64,000 nt of DNA from Lingula anatina (Eukaryota > Animalia > Brachiopoda): NCBI GenBank assembly GCA_051362555.1, contig CM120646.1:15686001-15750000 (forward strand), read 5' to 3'. Below the pieces are notes generated by a model. It saw only the letters and a program-made list of their open reading frames with translations, ran no database searches and was not told where the DNA came from. The translations under genes and the position numbers were made by a program. Positions 1 through 13,796 of this stretch are shown here, one piece after another; positions within the stretch are counted from its first letter, which is position 1; every line of letters starts with the position of its first letter.

Positions 1-622
1 TTCTAAACGAACAATGTCACCGCCATTCAGGGCCGTAGGCTAAAAAAAGGTTTGGTGGTGACAGCTTTTGAAAGCCTGCATTACATGCCGCCGGATAATT
101 GCGCGCTGTGGTACTTATATAGACGCTGACTGGAAGAAAAGTAAGAGATTTTTGGTGGAATGGAAGAAAGAGACAAAAAAAACTTTTAACCCCTTCTCCC
201 GCAGCCAACGGTCTTGATATAGGTTGATACAGTCGACAGGGAAAAGCAAGGCTGAAGGCAAATCAGGATGGAATACTTCAGTTTTCGCATATTTTATTCT
301 CATCATAACAGGTTTTGTAAATTTCAGGATTTTCGTTTGTTACTTTTTGCATTATAAATATAACATCAAATAAACGTTTTACGTTACTAAAACCCCAAAA
401 ACCAAACAATATCAGAGAAACTCTAACAGTTCAACATACTTTAAAGCAAAACAACCACTTTGATAACTTCCCTAACATATTGAATCTCTGAGATATTTTA
501 CAAAAAAGGAGTGCCAACTTAATAAATCATTTTCACAGACAGCGTGAATTATTGCAAACTTTGCCCTTGATTCAATAACCTTTTCCTTATGATCCTTTGG
601 TATTTAAACATCTTTCAGCAGT

Positions 623-2663
623 CTATAACTTAACAGATTGAAACATCTTGACGAAATCTTCCTTATCTTGAGATCTCGCTTTCTCGTAGAACAATTTTCC
701 AGCACTATCCTTGACACTGACATCAGCACCTTTGTCAATTAACAATCTTACCACTTCTTTGTGCCCCTGTTGGGCGGCAAGATGAAGCCCCGTGCGGCCG
801 ATCTTGTTTTGGAGGTTTAGGTTTGCTCCTTTCTTGAGAAGTGCATCGATGATAGCAACGTTCCCATGGTGACAGGCGGCGTGGAGACTGCTCCAACCAT
901 CGGCTTTCGTGAAATGAACATCTGCACCAGCCGCCAACAACACTTCAGCCACGTCCGCGTGGTTCTTTTGAACTGCCACATAGAGGGCGGTCACACCGCT
1001 CTTGGACGGCAGGTTGACTTTGGCTCCCCCTGCCAAGAGGGCCTGAACAGCAGATTTATGACCATTTTCTGCGGCGGTAAATAAACTGCTGGCTCCGCTA
1101 GAAGACATGGTCGAGTTGGGGTCAACCCCAGTTGCCAGGAGGGCCTCCACAACGCCCCCGTGGCCATTCTGGGACGCTATGAATAAGCAAGTCGGCCCCT
1201 GCGTCTTGTGGTAGAAAGGATCTGCCGGTAAGAGTGCCTTGACCACGTCTGTGTGCCCGTTCTGGGAGGCTACATATAAACTGCATGCCCCGTGCTTGCT
1301 CCCCACGGTGACATCGGCCCCAGCTTTAAGAAGTATCTCCACCACCTTCGTGTGCCCTTCTTGTGAGGCAATCCACAAACTGCTGATACCTGCAATAAAT
1401 GATTGGGGAAAACACGATATACAGGGTTTTTTCTCCAGGTTTCACTTATTGTTAACTAAATGTCATTGTTCTGAATTTATCTTTCTCGATGAAACTTTTG
1501 AGAGAGAGAGAGAGATTTAAAATCCCTGGGAAAGGATCGACAAGGTTTCAAACTATTTCTTATTTAAAAGACATAATGACGCAAAATATCTATATCGGCA
1601 TAATTTCAAAAAATGACTTTGTAACTCAATTACCTATGAACACCTCTTACCATTTGCATTCACTGCATTTATATCGGCACCATTCTTCAGCAGCTCTCCA
1701 ACAACGCCATCATGTCCCTCCTGAGCAGCAATCCACAGGCAAGAAGCACCGTCATCACGCCGACCATTTACGTCAGCACCTGCCTTTATCAGTGACGTCA
1801 CAACGGCCACGTGACCGTGCTGGCACGCGATCCACAGGCAACTTGCACCACTTTTATTGGCCAGGTGGCAGTTAGCCCCCGCAGCAATGAGAGTGTCGAC
1901 GATGTCCAAGTGACCCTGTTCTGAAGCCTTCCACAGAGCGGAGATGCCATTGCTCTTTTGACGGTTTACTCTTGCACCTACATGTACAAGAAAATGTGTT
2001 TTAAGAAAGCAACATGCGTGTTCATATTAAATAGAACGGAATTAATTATTTCGAGAAAACTGAGGTAACTTAATTAATTATTTCAATAAAATTGAGATAG
2101 CAGACTTTGTAAAGTGGCCTTCATTTATCCAAATATCGATGAAGAATTTCTAAATTTCTACGATTATGCAACAAAAAAACTTTTTCGGCCAACTTGTGCT
2201 TTTACTATAACTCTTATGATCCGAACCATTTTTTTTTTTATTTCAGATACACCTTATTTCAACTCATACAGTAATATCACATCACTAGGATTGCATTAGT
2301 TTTGTGTGGATAACATAGACGTAAAGATGCCAAGACTACCTCGGGACAGTTTTTAAACTCACCAGCCGCCAGCAGCTCCTTTACAACGCCCAGGTGACCT
2401 TCCGCAGATGCAACCATTAAGGGCGTCCACTGATACCCATCCGTGGCGTCCACGTCAACGCCATGCTTCAGAAATTTTGTTACAAAATGGAGGGCGCCCT
2501 TCTTGGCGGCGTGGACAATGGGACAGTATCCATCTTTTGTTGGCTGACCACCGATCTCCGGGAACTCTTTGTATTTGTCCACCAAAACAGCGATATGTTG
2601 ATGGTTGTTGTTTTGTATGGAAGAAAGGAGGGTTTCGCGAACAGTGTCCAGGTCTTCCGTCAT
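623..2663 (-). CDS. Ankyrin-repeat protein (about 464 aa, 12 ANK repeats)
   Basis: Coding exons 2363-2663, 1651-1977, 623-1389 with GT-AG junctions in consistent phase (1,1). Twelve ankyrin consensus units, e.g. TPLMVASAEGHLGVVKELL, SCLWIAAQEGHDGVVGELL, TGLHLAAQQGHKEVVRLL. An acceptor at 2683 implies upstream exon(s), so the N-terminus may be longer. Confidence 0.9.
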
Positions 2664-3135
2664 TTTTCTCCTGTCATTTGGGCCTGCAGTGGGAAGTGAA
2701 ATGATGAACGAAATAATGAACTTATAAAGCAACAACAAAAAAATGAATGCATGAATGAATGAATAATAGAAACAAACGAACGAACGAAATAAATAAATAA
2801 AAAAGAAAGAAAGAAAGACTTTGACCAAAACCAATTAATCGCCTGACAAGTCGACTTTTATTATTAATAACGCCAACATATCATTAAATAGATATATTTT
2901 ACCACATATGCTGATTAATAGGTACATCACAAATACACCTAACAAAACTTGGTCAGCAGATAGTGGCATTTAAAAGAGTATGAGAACGCCTCTCTCGCGG
3001 ATTGTTTGGCATAGACTGACATATAGACATATACCTGCTGTGCAATTAATTTTCAATTAATCTCAATACAATTAATACTTTCCTCGCGATAACCCGGACA
3101 TTGCCTTAACACTTTCAGTAATACCGTTAGCCTTA

Positions 3136-3384
3136 GGGTTCATTCCCATTGAAACTGTCGGTCTACGTAGATGGATCCAAGTCCACAGGGACTCGCTGAA
3201 TGCAATCAGTTTAAAAGATTAAGATGCCTCCTCCTGTCGTTTAGTAGAATATAAAAAATGGTGATTATACAAGTACGTCGGAAACAAGAGGTGTGTAAAA
3301 CCGTTTAAACTGATGCATTCAGCAAGAGTCCCCACGGAGTTGGATCGATCTACGTAGACCGATAATTTATATGGAAATGAGCCC
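3136..3384. mobile_element. MITE, PIF/Harbinger-like, long imperfect TIRs
   Basis: About 80-bp imperfect inverted arms (gggttcattcccattgaaactgtcggtctacgtagat... / ...atctacgtagaccgataatttatatggaaatgagccc), GGG...CCC termini, flanked by tta on both sides. Confidence 0.7.
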
Positions 3385-4539
3385 TTAGAAACTAACAATT
3401 CTGCGCCTGATGCGCTGTCTATCCGAAAAAGAGACGCCTCCACACAATACGAGTATGCAACAGTTGACAACCATAGTACAATGAAGGTATCATTTTCCCA
3501 ACCAAAAGGTGAAATATAGTCTTAAAAAGTCAGACGTTATATTAGTCACAGAGACGTATAAAATAAAATCATGACTAGACGAAAGAGATATTAAAAAGGC
3601 GAGGTCTTAGGTGAGGTACAGTGTTCCTATAGCGTAACGTTGACGTGATTTTTGGATCAAAAAGGCTCTAAAATCGGAATAAGAGGCGACATATTACACC
3701 AACGCTTGAAGTAATAGTCATTCCAACATTACAGCTATCTCTCCATGACACCACACACACCCTTATCATCATAGCCATGTTTACTGAAGCTCGAGGGAGT
3801 TACGATGTAGGTCTCTATTACCTGAGCGGCAGCACATTGGCCCCACCCAAGAGACATACATGTAACCCCCCTCCTCGCGCCCACGGGGTCCTGCTTCCAC
3901 CCTCATTGACTCATCTTTAATAGTTGTACATGAAAGTATAAGAAAAATTCCCCTTTACCCCCCCCCTCCACCCCCCAAGCACACACACTTCCAGTACACA
4001 CGTACAAATACCCATTATCAAGTAAATGAGTATAATATTGATAAACGCTGATTACATATTCACTCACGAACTTCACAGCAGTGGAAAACTGAGGAGTTAT
4101 AATCGATCTGTAAAAAATTACATGTTGTGGTATACAGTGTCACCCCGCACCAACCCCACCCGTGTTACATCCGACTTAGACACAGACCACCCCTCTCAAC
4201 TACGACTTAATCTCTCTCTCTCTCTCTCACTCTCTCTCTCTCTCTCTCTCATTTCACCCTAGTTACCTGGTCAGCGAAGACGTTCTCCACTCTTTAACAT
4301 CAGCCCAAGTTGTGAAATACGTGCAGGTGTATGGCTGGCACACACGGACGTTAAGGGATTAACAGCAAGGTGCCGATCAATATTTAGTGCGTGTGTCAGG
4401 CCAAGCAGTTTCTGCTGCCTTTGTATTGACTCAATAGCTGGACAATTTGTGTATGAAAAGCCTTTACATAGTGACGCATACCGTATGCGAGGACAATCGT
4501 GTCGGTGTGTGAAAAGGAAATGTAGACCTTGAAAAACCA

Positions 4540-4542
<3 letters not shown>

Positions 4543-4616
<74 letters not shown>
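4543..4616. repeat. (AT)n microsatellite
   Basis: Pure AT dinucleotide run; a (CT)n run also lies at about 4211-4250. Confidence 0.95.
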
Positions 4617-4621
<5 letters not shown>

Positions 4622-5394
4622 ACGGGAAAAGAGGAAGAAATAGGTAAATTCATCATCACACCAAAGGGACAACGCGCAGAAAAATTTAATAAAATCTGTT
4701 TTGCTCTGTCTACGGGTAGTTCACGTTTTATTGCAAACCATGTTATGTAAATCGCTGAGCGTTGTGGTAAATACATGGAGAGGGGCTAAGGTAGAGGGGA
4801 AGTGCGGGGGGGGGGGCATTCAAGCGCCTAATGGTACTCAGAGCACTCTGCTAAAACGTTTTAATAAAAAAAAAGCATTCAGGCGCGGTCTGAGTACATC
4901 ATCCAGACGGAATTTGGAATTTTCAGCTTATGGAAAAAAAAGGAGGAAAGGAATATACACGCACGCGTCTGTTTTCTCAAATTCACACGCACCCTACTGG
5001 GCTGATATCAAATATTCATTCAACATTGTGGGCTTCGCATGTCGCGACTATATAAGAGACGCAATACGCAATAAATAAGAGATAATCATGTAATTAAAAA
5101 TATCCGAACAATGTGAACGATAATAAATCGCTAGACGATATATGTATTCATTAGTAAGGGTTGGCCAGCATTACATAGTCTAACATGCGATCTTTTTTAT
5201 TTATTCTATTGATTATTTATTTAATTTTTATTTATTTTTTTTAAATCTTATTATAATTGATTAAATGGCATAAATATGACTTTGAACACAAACCATTTTT
5301 GGCAACTGTTCAGACACAGTGGCGTTGAGTATTTCGTGTATACAGATCACAAATAGGTCTACTGGTCACGCTTGAACAGCGGTATGACCACTGC

Positions 5395-5714
5395 TTACAG
5401 CGAGGTCCATTTCATATTGCCCGCGTGACAAGTTTTTCGACCCAGATCGCGATCAGAGAGTGGTAAGGCAGCCGCCTCTCCTGGGGGAGGGAGGGATCTT
5501 CTGGGCCCAGACCTATCAATTAGATTAAAGTAGGAAAGAAATTGCAGACGAGACGAGTTATAGATAAACAAAACAAAAATTAAATGCCACATGTACACGT
5601 AATCTGCTGAAATAAACTGTAGCGCACTTACAGGGAAGGCTCCAAGTCCTTGGGCCTGTACACGCAAATTTCATCGGTTTCTTGTACAGACTCCGCTGGT
5701 TGAATGGTTGGCAT
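5395..5714 (-). CDS. Candidate small spliced ORF (at least 66 aa), head-to-head with XRCC1; may instead be 5' exons/uORF of the ankyrin gene
   Basis: GCCAACATG start at 5714; exon 5632-5714 ends in gtaagt; 119-nt intron with ctaat branch-like motif and tag acceptor; exon 5399-5512 stays in frame and ends in gtaag (TAA at 5395-5397 if unspliced). Peptide MPTIQPAESVQETDEICVYRPKDLEPSLSGPRRSLPPPGEAAALPLSDRDLGRKTCHAGNMKWTSL. No recognised domain. Confidence 0.35.
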
Positions 5715-6067
5715 GTTGGCGAATACATCCTGCTAAAGCTTCTTCTTTTTATTATACTGACTGGTGATCTTTTTTCTTGTTCCCCTAAGTGATCCACAGA
5801 TGTCCACAGAAACCCTTGGAGATGACGTCAGTCAGCCTGGGACAGGGGAGTGCTACTTCAAAATCTCCGCCGACACAATTGCTGCCAGTCTCATCTATCG
5901 CATTACAGGAACATCATTTACTGCGGGATTATCGTTTTAGCCGCGGAGTTGTCCCGCGAAGCATGAAAACAAATAGCATTGTTGATCATTTTACGATTAA
6001 AGCGAGCATCTTTGTATAGCATCAAAAGCATCAGAAGGGTTCTTTTACAACACAAGAAAACACAGAA

Positions 6068-9000
6068 ATGCCGGAAATTAAGATACAACATGTAGTTTCG
6101 TGTAGCAGTGAGGATAAAGTAAGTAGGAAATCTCTTCAATGATTTATCTAATCGCAGCCCAGTTTTAGTCTAAGGCCTCATTCCCAATGACACTCCTCCT
6201 CCTGGCGTTGAGTAGAAATCAGAAAAAAAACTTGTAATTATACGAATACGTTGGAAACAATTGCATAAGCATTCAGCCAAAGTCTCCGCGGAGTTGGATT
6301 GAACGACAGTTTCATTGGAAATGAGACCTTAAAGTCCGGAGTGTACATAGTTATGCCGTGTATCACCCTAGCTACATGTACCAGTATTGGTGAGTGCTAC
6401 TAGACAGAGGCAAGGGCAGTCTCAGTCAAATGATTACTCTGTGGACAGTTAATTTGTAAATGGATTGTGATTAAGTGCCCTGATTGACGTCTGAGTACCA
6501 CACTTGCCCAGTGAAACATTTACCTGAATTATTTACCCCCTCTCCACCCCCTATATACCCCCAAGCAGACAAGTCTGTGATGACTACACTCATAACATCA
6601 AAAATATGTGCAAGTATTCATATTTGTCCTGTGTTCTAACTTAAATAATATATTAGTTATTATAATATTTGATTGCTTTTAGAACAACCCGGCAGAGAAC
6701 CTGTTAAAACCTGAGGGCAAGGCCAAGTGGAAAAGTGCAGCCTTAGGTGAAAAGCAAGTGTCTGTGGTTCTACAGGTAAAGCAAGATGTGATTGTTGAGC
6801 TTTACCATCTTAACAGAACTATATCAAGCCAATGCAGTCACTCTGATGTCTCACACATTGCAGTTAAAATTGAGGTTAACTTACAAGCTGTGAGATTGGC
6901 TCGTTATGGTCATTTACTTTAATCACACAGTGTGGCAATAGGTCATGATGTAAGCCATCTGGGTTTGACTGTACTCAGTACTAGTAAATTCAATCCAAAG
7001 TTTATTACCAAAGACTGATGATTGTTGTATTATACAGTATTACTTTACGCTCTTTTTCCCATATTTCTTCTTAGAGATATCCGTCCAAGATTACTACTGG
7101 CAGACTGAGAGTAACATCTAACATCAGATGTATGCTGCATTATTAAATGCTTATTTTACCATATTTCTAGTTTGAGAAATCTAGTCAAGTTCACCAGATA
7201 GATATCGGCAATGAGGGAGCAGCTTTCATTGAGGTCTTGGTGGGCAAGTCCACACAGACATCTGACCAGGATTACCAGGTGATCACTGATTGGAATGTTC
7301 TGATTTTAAGAATTTATGACTTAACAAATACAGTATCAGAATACAGTAAAATTCACAATTTTACCCATTTCTTCTTCTTCTTCATGCCATGGTCAATTTA
7401 AACCAAATTCTTAACATGTATTAAGTTGGCTAAAATAAGTTGTTTATTTTACTTTTTTCCTATCATGCAAGATCTAAAAATGTTCCTTATGAAAAAGCTA
7501 AAGATACGTCAAACTTTCTGTGGTTAAGTAAATGAGATTTTAGAAATCATTAGATTTGTCTATTTTTCCCATTCAGAACATCTGATCCCCTACAATTGAT
7601 ATTTTGCTATAATTTCATGTTCTATAGCAATAAGGCAGTGCAATCTCCTAAACTTAACTTTGAGGAGATATAGCAGTTAACAGTCTTTTTCCTTTTTCAA
7701 CGAACCAAGGTCCTTGCTGTGAGAATGTAAAGATCAAATAAGTAACTTGTATTATTATGATTATTATTATTATTAATTGCAAATTTTTTAATTTTTTTTC
7801 TGTGTTTGCAGGTGCTCCTGGTGGCCTCAAGTTTCCTCAGTCCTATAGAGAGTAGAAATGGCACCAACATGAACAGAGTGAGGATCTTCACTGCAGATAA
7901 GCTGTCCAAGGCAGTGGTGGAACAGAAGTGGGACAGGGTCAAGGTCGTCTGTACACAGCCTTTCAATAAGGTATGGTGATTACTTAATAAATTTGGAAAA
8001 AAAATGAATTTGACTTCATGACATTTTCCAAAATAATGTTTCTTAGTAAATTGCATTAAAATGTTGATTCAGAAGTTCTTAAAAGTAAGTTGGCCTCATG
8101 TCAGAAATTACTTTTTATGGAAAGGTAAAAATGATTTAACTTATAAAGGAGCAATACTGGAAGTGATGATATATCATTTATGGTATAAAAAAACACTTGT
8201 TTGTTTATGGAACATGACACAGAGCTCAAAATTTACTCTAGATTGTTTTATTTGAAAGTTGCCTTGTTATTGCTGCTGTTCTTCAAAAATCAAAGAATGA
8301 ATTAAAATTGAAATATAATTGATGAATTTATGACAAAAAATAAACAATTTGTGAATTTGAAAATTCAACAACAGAATGAGGCAAAAAAGTAAGACACTGG
8401 ATTATTTGGATTTTTTTCAGGATTTATATTTACTTTAAAACCCCTTAAAATTTCATACAGAGCTTGGTGTAATTTACTGACTGATTTACTAAAATATATA
8501 TTAGAGACTGCTGTGTGTGACAGTTACAAGTATTTTTATTATTTCAGAATATACCTTATGGTCTGTCATTTATCAAGTTCCATTCTCCACCAGACAAAAC
8601 ATCACAAAATGCAACAAATGAGGTATGTGAATTCTATAGAGTTAAAATTTATCCTATAGTTATAATCTATTGTCTTCTTCTGTGATAGACGAAATTAATT
8701 TTAACCTTTAATCAGTGCAATTGCTCTGCAACATTGTAACTCATGGACTTTCATATATTAACTTAAAGTCTATTAACAAAAATCTAATTTTCAGATATAA
8801 CCTCTGTTATTTAGTGTCTTTTTCTTAAATGGCAATACATTGTCTCATCCAAATCACCATTATAATAATTACTATGCTTGATGTTGGGTCTCCATTATAT
8901 GAGTCAATTAAATCAACATTCTCAATTCTTGGCATTTTATTTATAAAAAGTAGAAATTGGACATTTTACCAAGACCATAGGCATAACATTTGACTGCTTT

Positions 9001-12000
9001 TGGGTATGCCCATGTCATTTGTTAATGATGCACATTAGTAAAAATAACATTGTCTACATCTTACATGTGTATTTTATTTGTTTTCAAATCTAAAAAGCTA
9101 CTTACAATTCACTGTAACATAAACACTGGTTCCACACAAAATGCCAGCACATCATAGCCTGCCCAATAAACTGAACAAATTTGATTTCTTCAGTTACTGG
9201 CCACTGCTTTTGCTTATGATTAATAGATTTTTAGATCCTGTTTCCAAAGGGATCAGTAGGATGAAATTTTTTAATTATTTTTTTCACAAACTGCTGTTAT
9301 TTATCCATTTTAGAGTGGCTTGAAACTTGGTGCCTTCTCTCTGAAGACCACAGATGAGGATCAGTCGGTGTCAACTGGCAGTCTCTTTGCCAGCAGGAAA
9401 CAAGAACCAGAGCCACTCACTGGTATGTACAGGGCAAAGCTATATAACTGAGAATTTTACATGTTTGTAATTTAAGGCACAGTTACACTCCATTTGTGAC
9501 ATCCCAATTTAGTGCATTACAGACTACAGGCAGTTCCAGGGTTTTGCTCCGCAAATCTGTTCCATATAAGACTATTAAGTCTTCTTCCTTAGACCTTAAT
9601 TTGATAGAGGGGGGCAAGACCTTTTGATTAAAAAGTCATTATAATTGTTTTTTGTGCATGACACTACAACTATTTATGACAGTCTATTGCAAGTGAGTGT
9701 TGTTTATTGCCACTAGGTGCCGCTGCAGTCAGGGCAGCCTCCAAACTCTCTTCAGAACAGTTAGAAAGCAGAGAAAAAGAGAAGAATGGACAAACTGTGG
9801 TAAACATATAATTGTTTCTGTGAAAATGATTTATGAATTAAACATCTGATAACTTTTATAATAGAGAATCTGATAATGTTGCTTGTTGACAGTGGTCATT
9901 GGAATTTAACTGAAAAATATCATTAGTGTATTTGTTTTCTACACCTTAACGAGGTACATAGCATTAGATTTTGAAAAATAGTAAGACTGCTATCCACTAA
10001 ATGCAGGGCCAACTGCCACTTGGTGAGCACAAAATGCACTGCTGCCATCTATGACTATTTATTTTAGACCCCAGCTAAGAGAAAACATGAAGACTCACAC
10101 AGTGATAAACCTTCAGTACCAACGAAAAAACCTGTTGTGAAAAAACCTGAGGCAGCAACATCAAGACGAAGAAGTTCAGACAGTGACACACCACCACCAA
10201 AGAAGAAGAAAAGTACTTTGTTTTAACTTGTTTGGTGAATAGGCATGAGACTTATGTTTTGGTTTTATTTTCCTAGTTCATTTCCACAAATGTCCATTCT
10301 TCCTTGCAACTACAAATGTTTATAGTGCATAAAATGTTGTGAAAAACAGTAACTTATAGCAGGGATACTTGAAAGTATAAATAAGTTTCTTATGCTTGGA
10401 GTATGTTAAAAGTTTGGGCATTAAAGATATTTGTGTGAAGTTTCATGGAAATTAAAACTGATACATTTTGTAGCTTGTTAATAGTACAAGAATTGTTTTC
10501 CTCCTAATCAGCCCAACCTGCTGCTGTGAAAAAGCCCAAGCCATTCAGAGAGTTGATGAAGGGGGTGGTATTTGTGATGAGTGGCTACCAGAACCCCCAG
10601 CGAGGAGAACTCCGAGATAAAGCCATAGAGATGGGGGCCCAGTACAGACCAGACTGGGGGAGGGGGTGTACACACTTAATGTAAGTACCAAACTGGAGGA
10701 GGGCGTACACACACCTCATGCAAAAAAAAAAGAAGAAGGGGGTGGGGGGGTTACATTCAAAATGTGAGTTTGTGAGTCATTGTTAGTAAAATGGTTAACT
10801 GGCTAAGATTCTCACAAGAATCTGCTTAAAATACCCATTCTCTTGAAGTCTTCATCAAACAAAGTCCTGGAGTTCTGGTTATAGCACACTGTTCCTGGTT
10901 CTAGTGGGTCAGTTATCAACACAGCCCATGACACTCACACTCTTTCAGGTTGAATATAATTTGGTTTCGTCCTTCAGATGTGCTTTTTCCAATACTCCAA
11001 AATTCCAGCAGGTGGATGGAAAGGGCTGCATTGTCAGTCACCAGTGGATCAAGGACAGTCACAGAAATAAGAAACTGATGAACTGGAAAGAGTATGTATC
11101 CCCACTCTTGTCACCATATTTTTTAATATAATTAATATGATTTATTAATATAATTTTAAAAAAGAAAAAGAAAATTGTCATTTGCGCATTTCTGGTTTAA
11201 TTCCAACGATTCCAAGCCAAAAATGCACAAATGACAACTACCCTGGAACTTTTTTAACTCCAACATCTTATGTCTGTCTGGTAACATCATGTTTTCCACT
11301 AAAACGTGGCTGTTCTCTGCCTTATGTTCTATGCTCTCTTTTCCTAAGTAAGGTTTCTTATTCTTGTGTACTCCAGCTATAAAGTGAGAGGGTCCAAAAC
11401 TCCCCCTGGACTTCAAGATGCAGGGAGCTCTGGATCAGAATACTCTCCAAGTGAGGAGGAGGAGGAAGATGTTGAGGAGGAGGATGAATGGGAACCTAAG
11501 AAAAAAACAAAACCACAACCTAAGCAGGTCACACCAAAGACAACCCAGTCTAAGAAGAAAAACGACAAGGATGAGGAAGAAGATGAGGAAGAGGAGCAGG
11601 AATGGGATCCAAAAAAGAGAACAAAAGCTCCATCCAAGAAGGAGAGTCCAAGGAAGCCAAGCCCCGTGAAAGATGGTAAACAAAATGAAGAGGAGGAAGA
11701 TGAGGATGAGGAGTGGGATCCAAAGAAAAGATCAAAACCTCAGCCTAAGAAGGTGGAAGGTAATGAAAAATGTCATGAAAAATATATATTGTGATCTGAT
11801 AAGACTTCTTTTACATGATTAATGCCTTGTTTAATGTATATGTGTGTCTTGCATCACATTTATGGTCATCATTGAGGCTTTTTAATTTGCTTTTCACTTT
11901 ACTTGCTTTATCTTTATCTGGCTGTTTTTAATTTGAGTAATATTGTGTTACAATATAGTGTCAGAAAGTTTGATTATTTAGATAATAAATATAAATAGAT

Positions 12001-12800
12001 AAGTTATGAAAATAATGTTTTAAGGAGCAATGAAATTTATGAAATGTGTTATATAAGAAAATTTTATTATTATAAGTATTATAATTGTAAGTTATTATAT
12101 TATTCACCAGCCTCCCCAAAGAAGAAGATCCCTGATCCCAGCCCAGTGAAACCTACCACCTCCCCCAAACATTCCAATGACAGTGGAGATGACACTGACG
12201 CCTATGATGCTGCCACTGACGTTGGCTCCGACTCTGAAGATACGGAAGATGAAATAAGAAGGTGAAATATTTTATTGCATAGGTCATTACACAAAGAACA
12301 AAGTATTTGATTGTTTTTTGAATGAGTGTTTTTGATTGAGTTGGCAAACTTGATTTGTAAATGGTATCAAGACTGGAATACCTATGAATTTTTGTTGTAT
12401 GCAGTGCATTCTGGGTTAACATTAGTAGCTAAACTATTCACCAAATTAAAAAAGAATCTTGTCTAAAGACATGCTTAAGACACTGTCTGTTAAGTAAGTT
12501 ACACTTAATTATTATTTATGTAATAATAACTGTTATTAATATTATTGTTATTTCTGTTTGTAACCAAATGCACCACAGAAATAGCGACTGTACAAATGAT
12601 TTTTTTCCTGTGGTAGAATAAAAGAGGAGCAGTCGAGAGACAAAGGAGAAGGAAAGTCTTCTAGTAAAGATGGTGGCTCAGGGGACTTGCCTGACCTGCC
12701 TGATTTCTTCTCTGGAAAACATTTCTTTTTGTATGGAGACTTCTCTGCTACTGAACGAAGGACAATATTCAGATACATAACAGCATTTGATGGGTAGGTT

Positions 12801-12831
<31 letters not shown>

Positions 12832-13796
12832 AGATTGTAAAGTAATTAAGAATTTAAAGACTCAGAACTATAAAAATACACATTTTCTTGGGTTTGAAGT
12901 ATTTCACTTTAACTGTAACATTGGCAGTCTTATTTACTTGTAAATTTAAAGATTGTGAGATAGTGATACCAATTTAATCATGCATTCATGTGGTCCTATT
13001 TTACATATATATTTTTAGACATTTATATATGATTTAAGATATTGTATTGGGTTAAACCCCATTTTCAAGTTAGGGAACTTTCATTAAGTTTCAACTTATA
13101 CCAAAGCAAAAATCCATCCTACAAGCTTTGTTTTAAAATCTAAATAGTTGTATACGGTGACGAGTTATGTGAAATCCACTGCTTATTGAACTTTTTCTTT
13201 TCAGAGAATTGGAAGATTACATGGATGACAAGGTGACCTTTGTGATCACAAACTCTGACTGGGATGATAAATTTGACCAGGTCAGTAAATACTCTGTGGT
13301 CGGGTAAGAAAACAAACCTCATGGTGTTACAGATTGTGACAAAAATTGTCCCATGTAGATAAATTGACACAGATGATCTGTTGATGTTAGTATTTATTTA
13401 TGTCAAATAAGTGCATCTCTATGGTAAGCTGTCAAAATATTTATATTTCTTTTTTTTTTGCGTGAAAATAAAACTTTTTCTCAGGAAATGTGTCATTATG
13501 ACCAGTGTAGCTGGAAAATTCACACAGGCATAACTATAAGAAACAATGACATCAACAACAATGACATCAGCAAGAAGGCTTGATATCACTACGCTTTTCA
13601 TTTCAGTGATTTTTCTCCATTGTAAAAGAGATACCTGTGTTAATGTTTCTGTGACCAAATATACATTTTTTTTCTGTTATAGGCATTATCGGAAAACACC
13701 AATTTGATCTTTGTGAGGCCAAAGTGGATCTTGGCCTGTCACGATAAGAACAAGCTGTTGCCATATCAACCGTACATTGTGGTTCCTGCATCATGA
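6068..13796 (+). CDS. XRCC1: DNA repair scaffold XRCC1 (about 668 aa)
   Basis: 15 coding exons: 6068-6118, 6683-6775, 7171-7278, 7812-7970, 8548-8622, 9314-9422, 9717-9799, 10068-10212, 10512-10680, 10978-11091, 11377-11759, 12111-12261, 12617-12793, 13205-13280, 13683-13796; all GT-AG with consistent phases. N-terminal domain MPEIKIQHVVSCSSEDK...IDIGNEGAAFIEVLVG...WDRVKVVCTQPFNK; BRCT1 GVVFVMSGYQNPQRGELRDKAIEMGAQYRPDWGRGCTHLICAFSNTPK; linker AYDAATD and DTEDEIRR; BRCT2 LPDFFSGKHFFLYG...FVRPKWILAC...LLPYQPYIVVP. Confidence 0.97.
6174..6328. mobile_element. Shorter relative of the 3136-3384 MITE, in XRCC1 intron 1
   Basis: TIRs ggcctcattcccaatga / tcattggaaatgagacc; internal segments (ctcctcct...agtagaa, gcattcagc...cggagttggat) shared with the 3136-3384 copy. 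Confidence 0.65.

Noticed and set aside
4271-4776. ORFs with YIYIYI runs
   Set aside because: Translations of the (AT)n microsatellite.
11413-11735. Hydrophobic and Ser-rich minus-strand ORFs
   Set aside because: Antisense shadows of the purine-rich XRCC1 exon.
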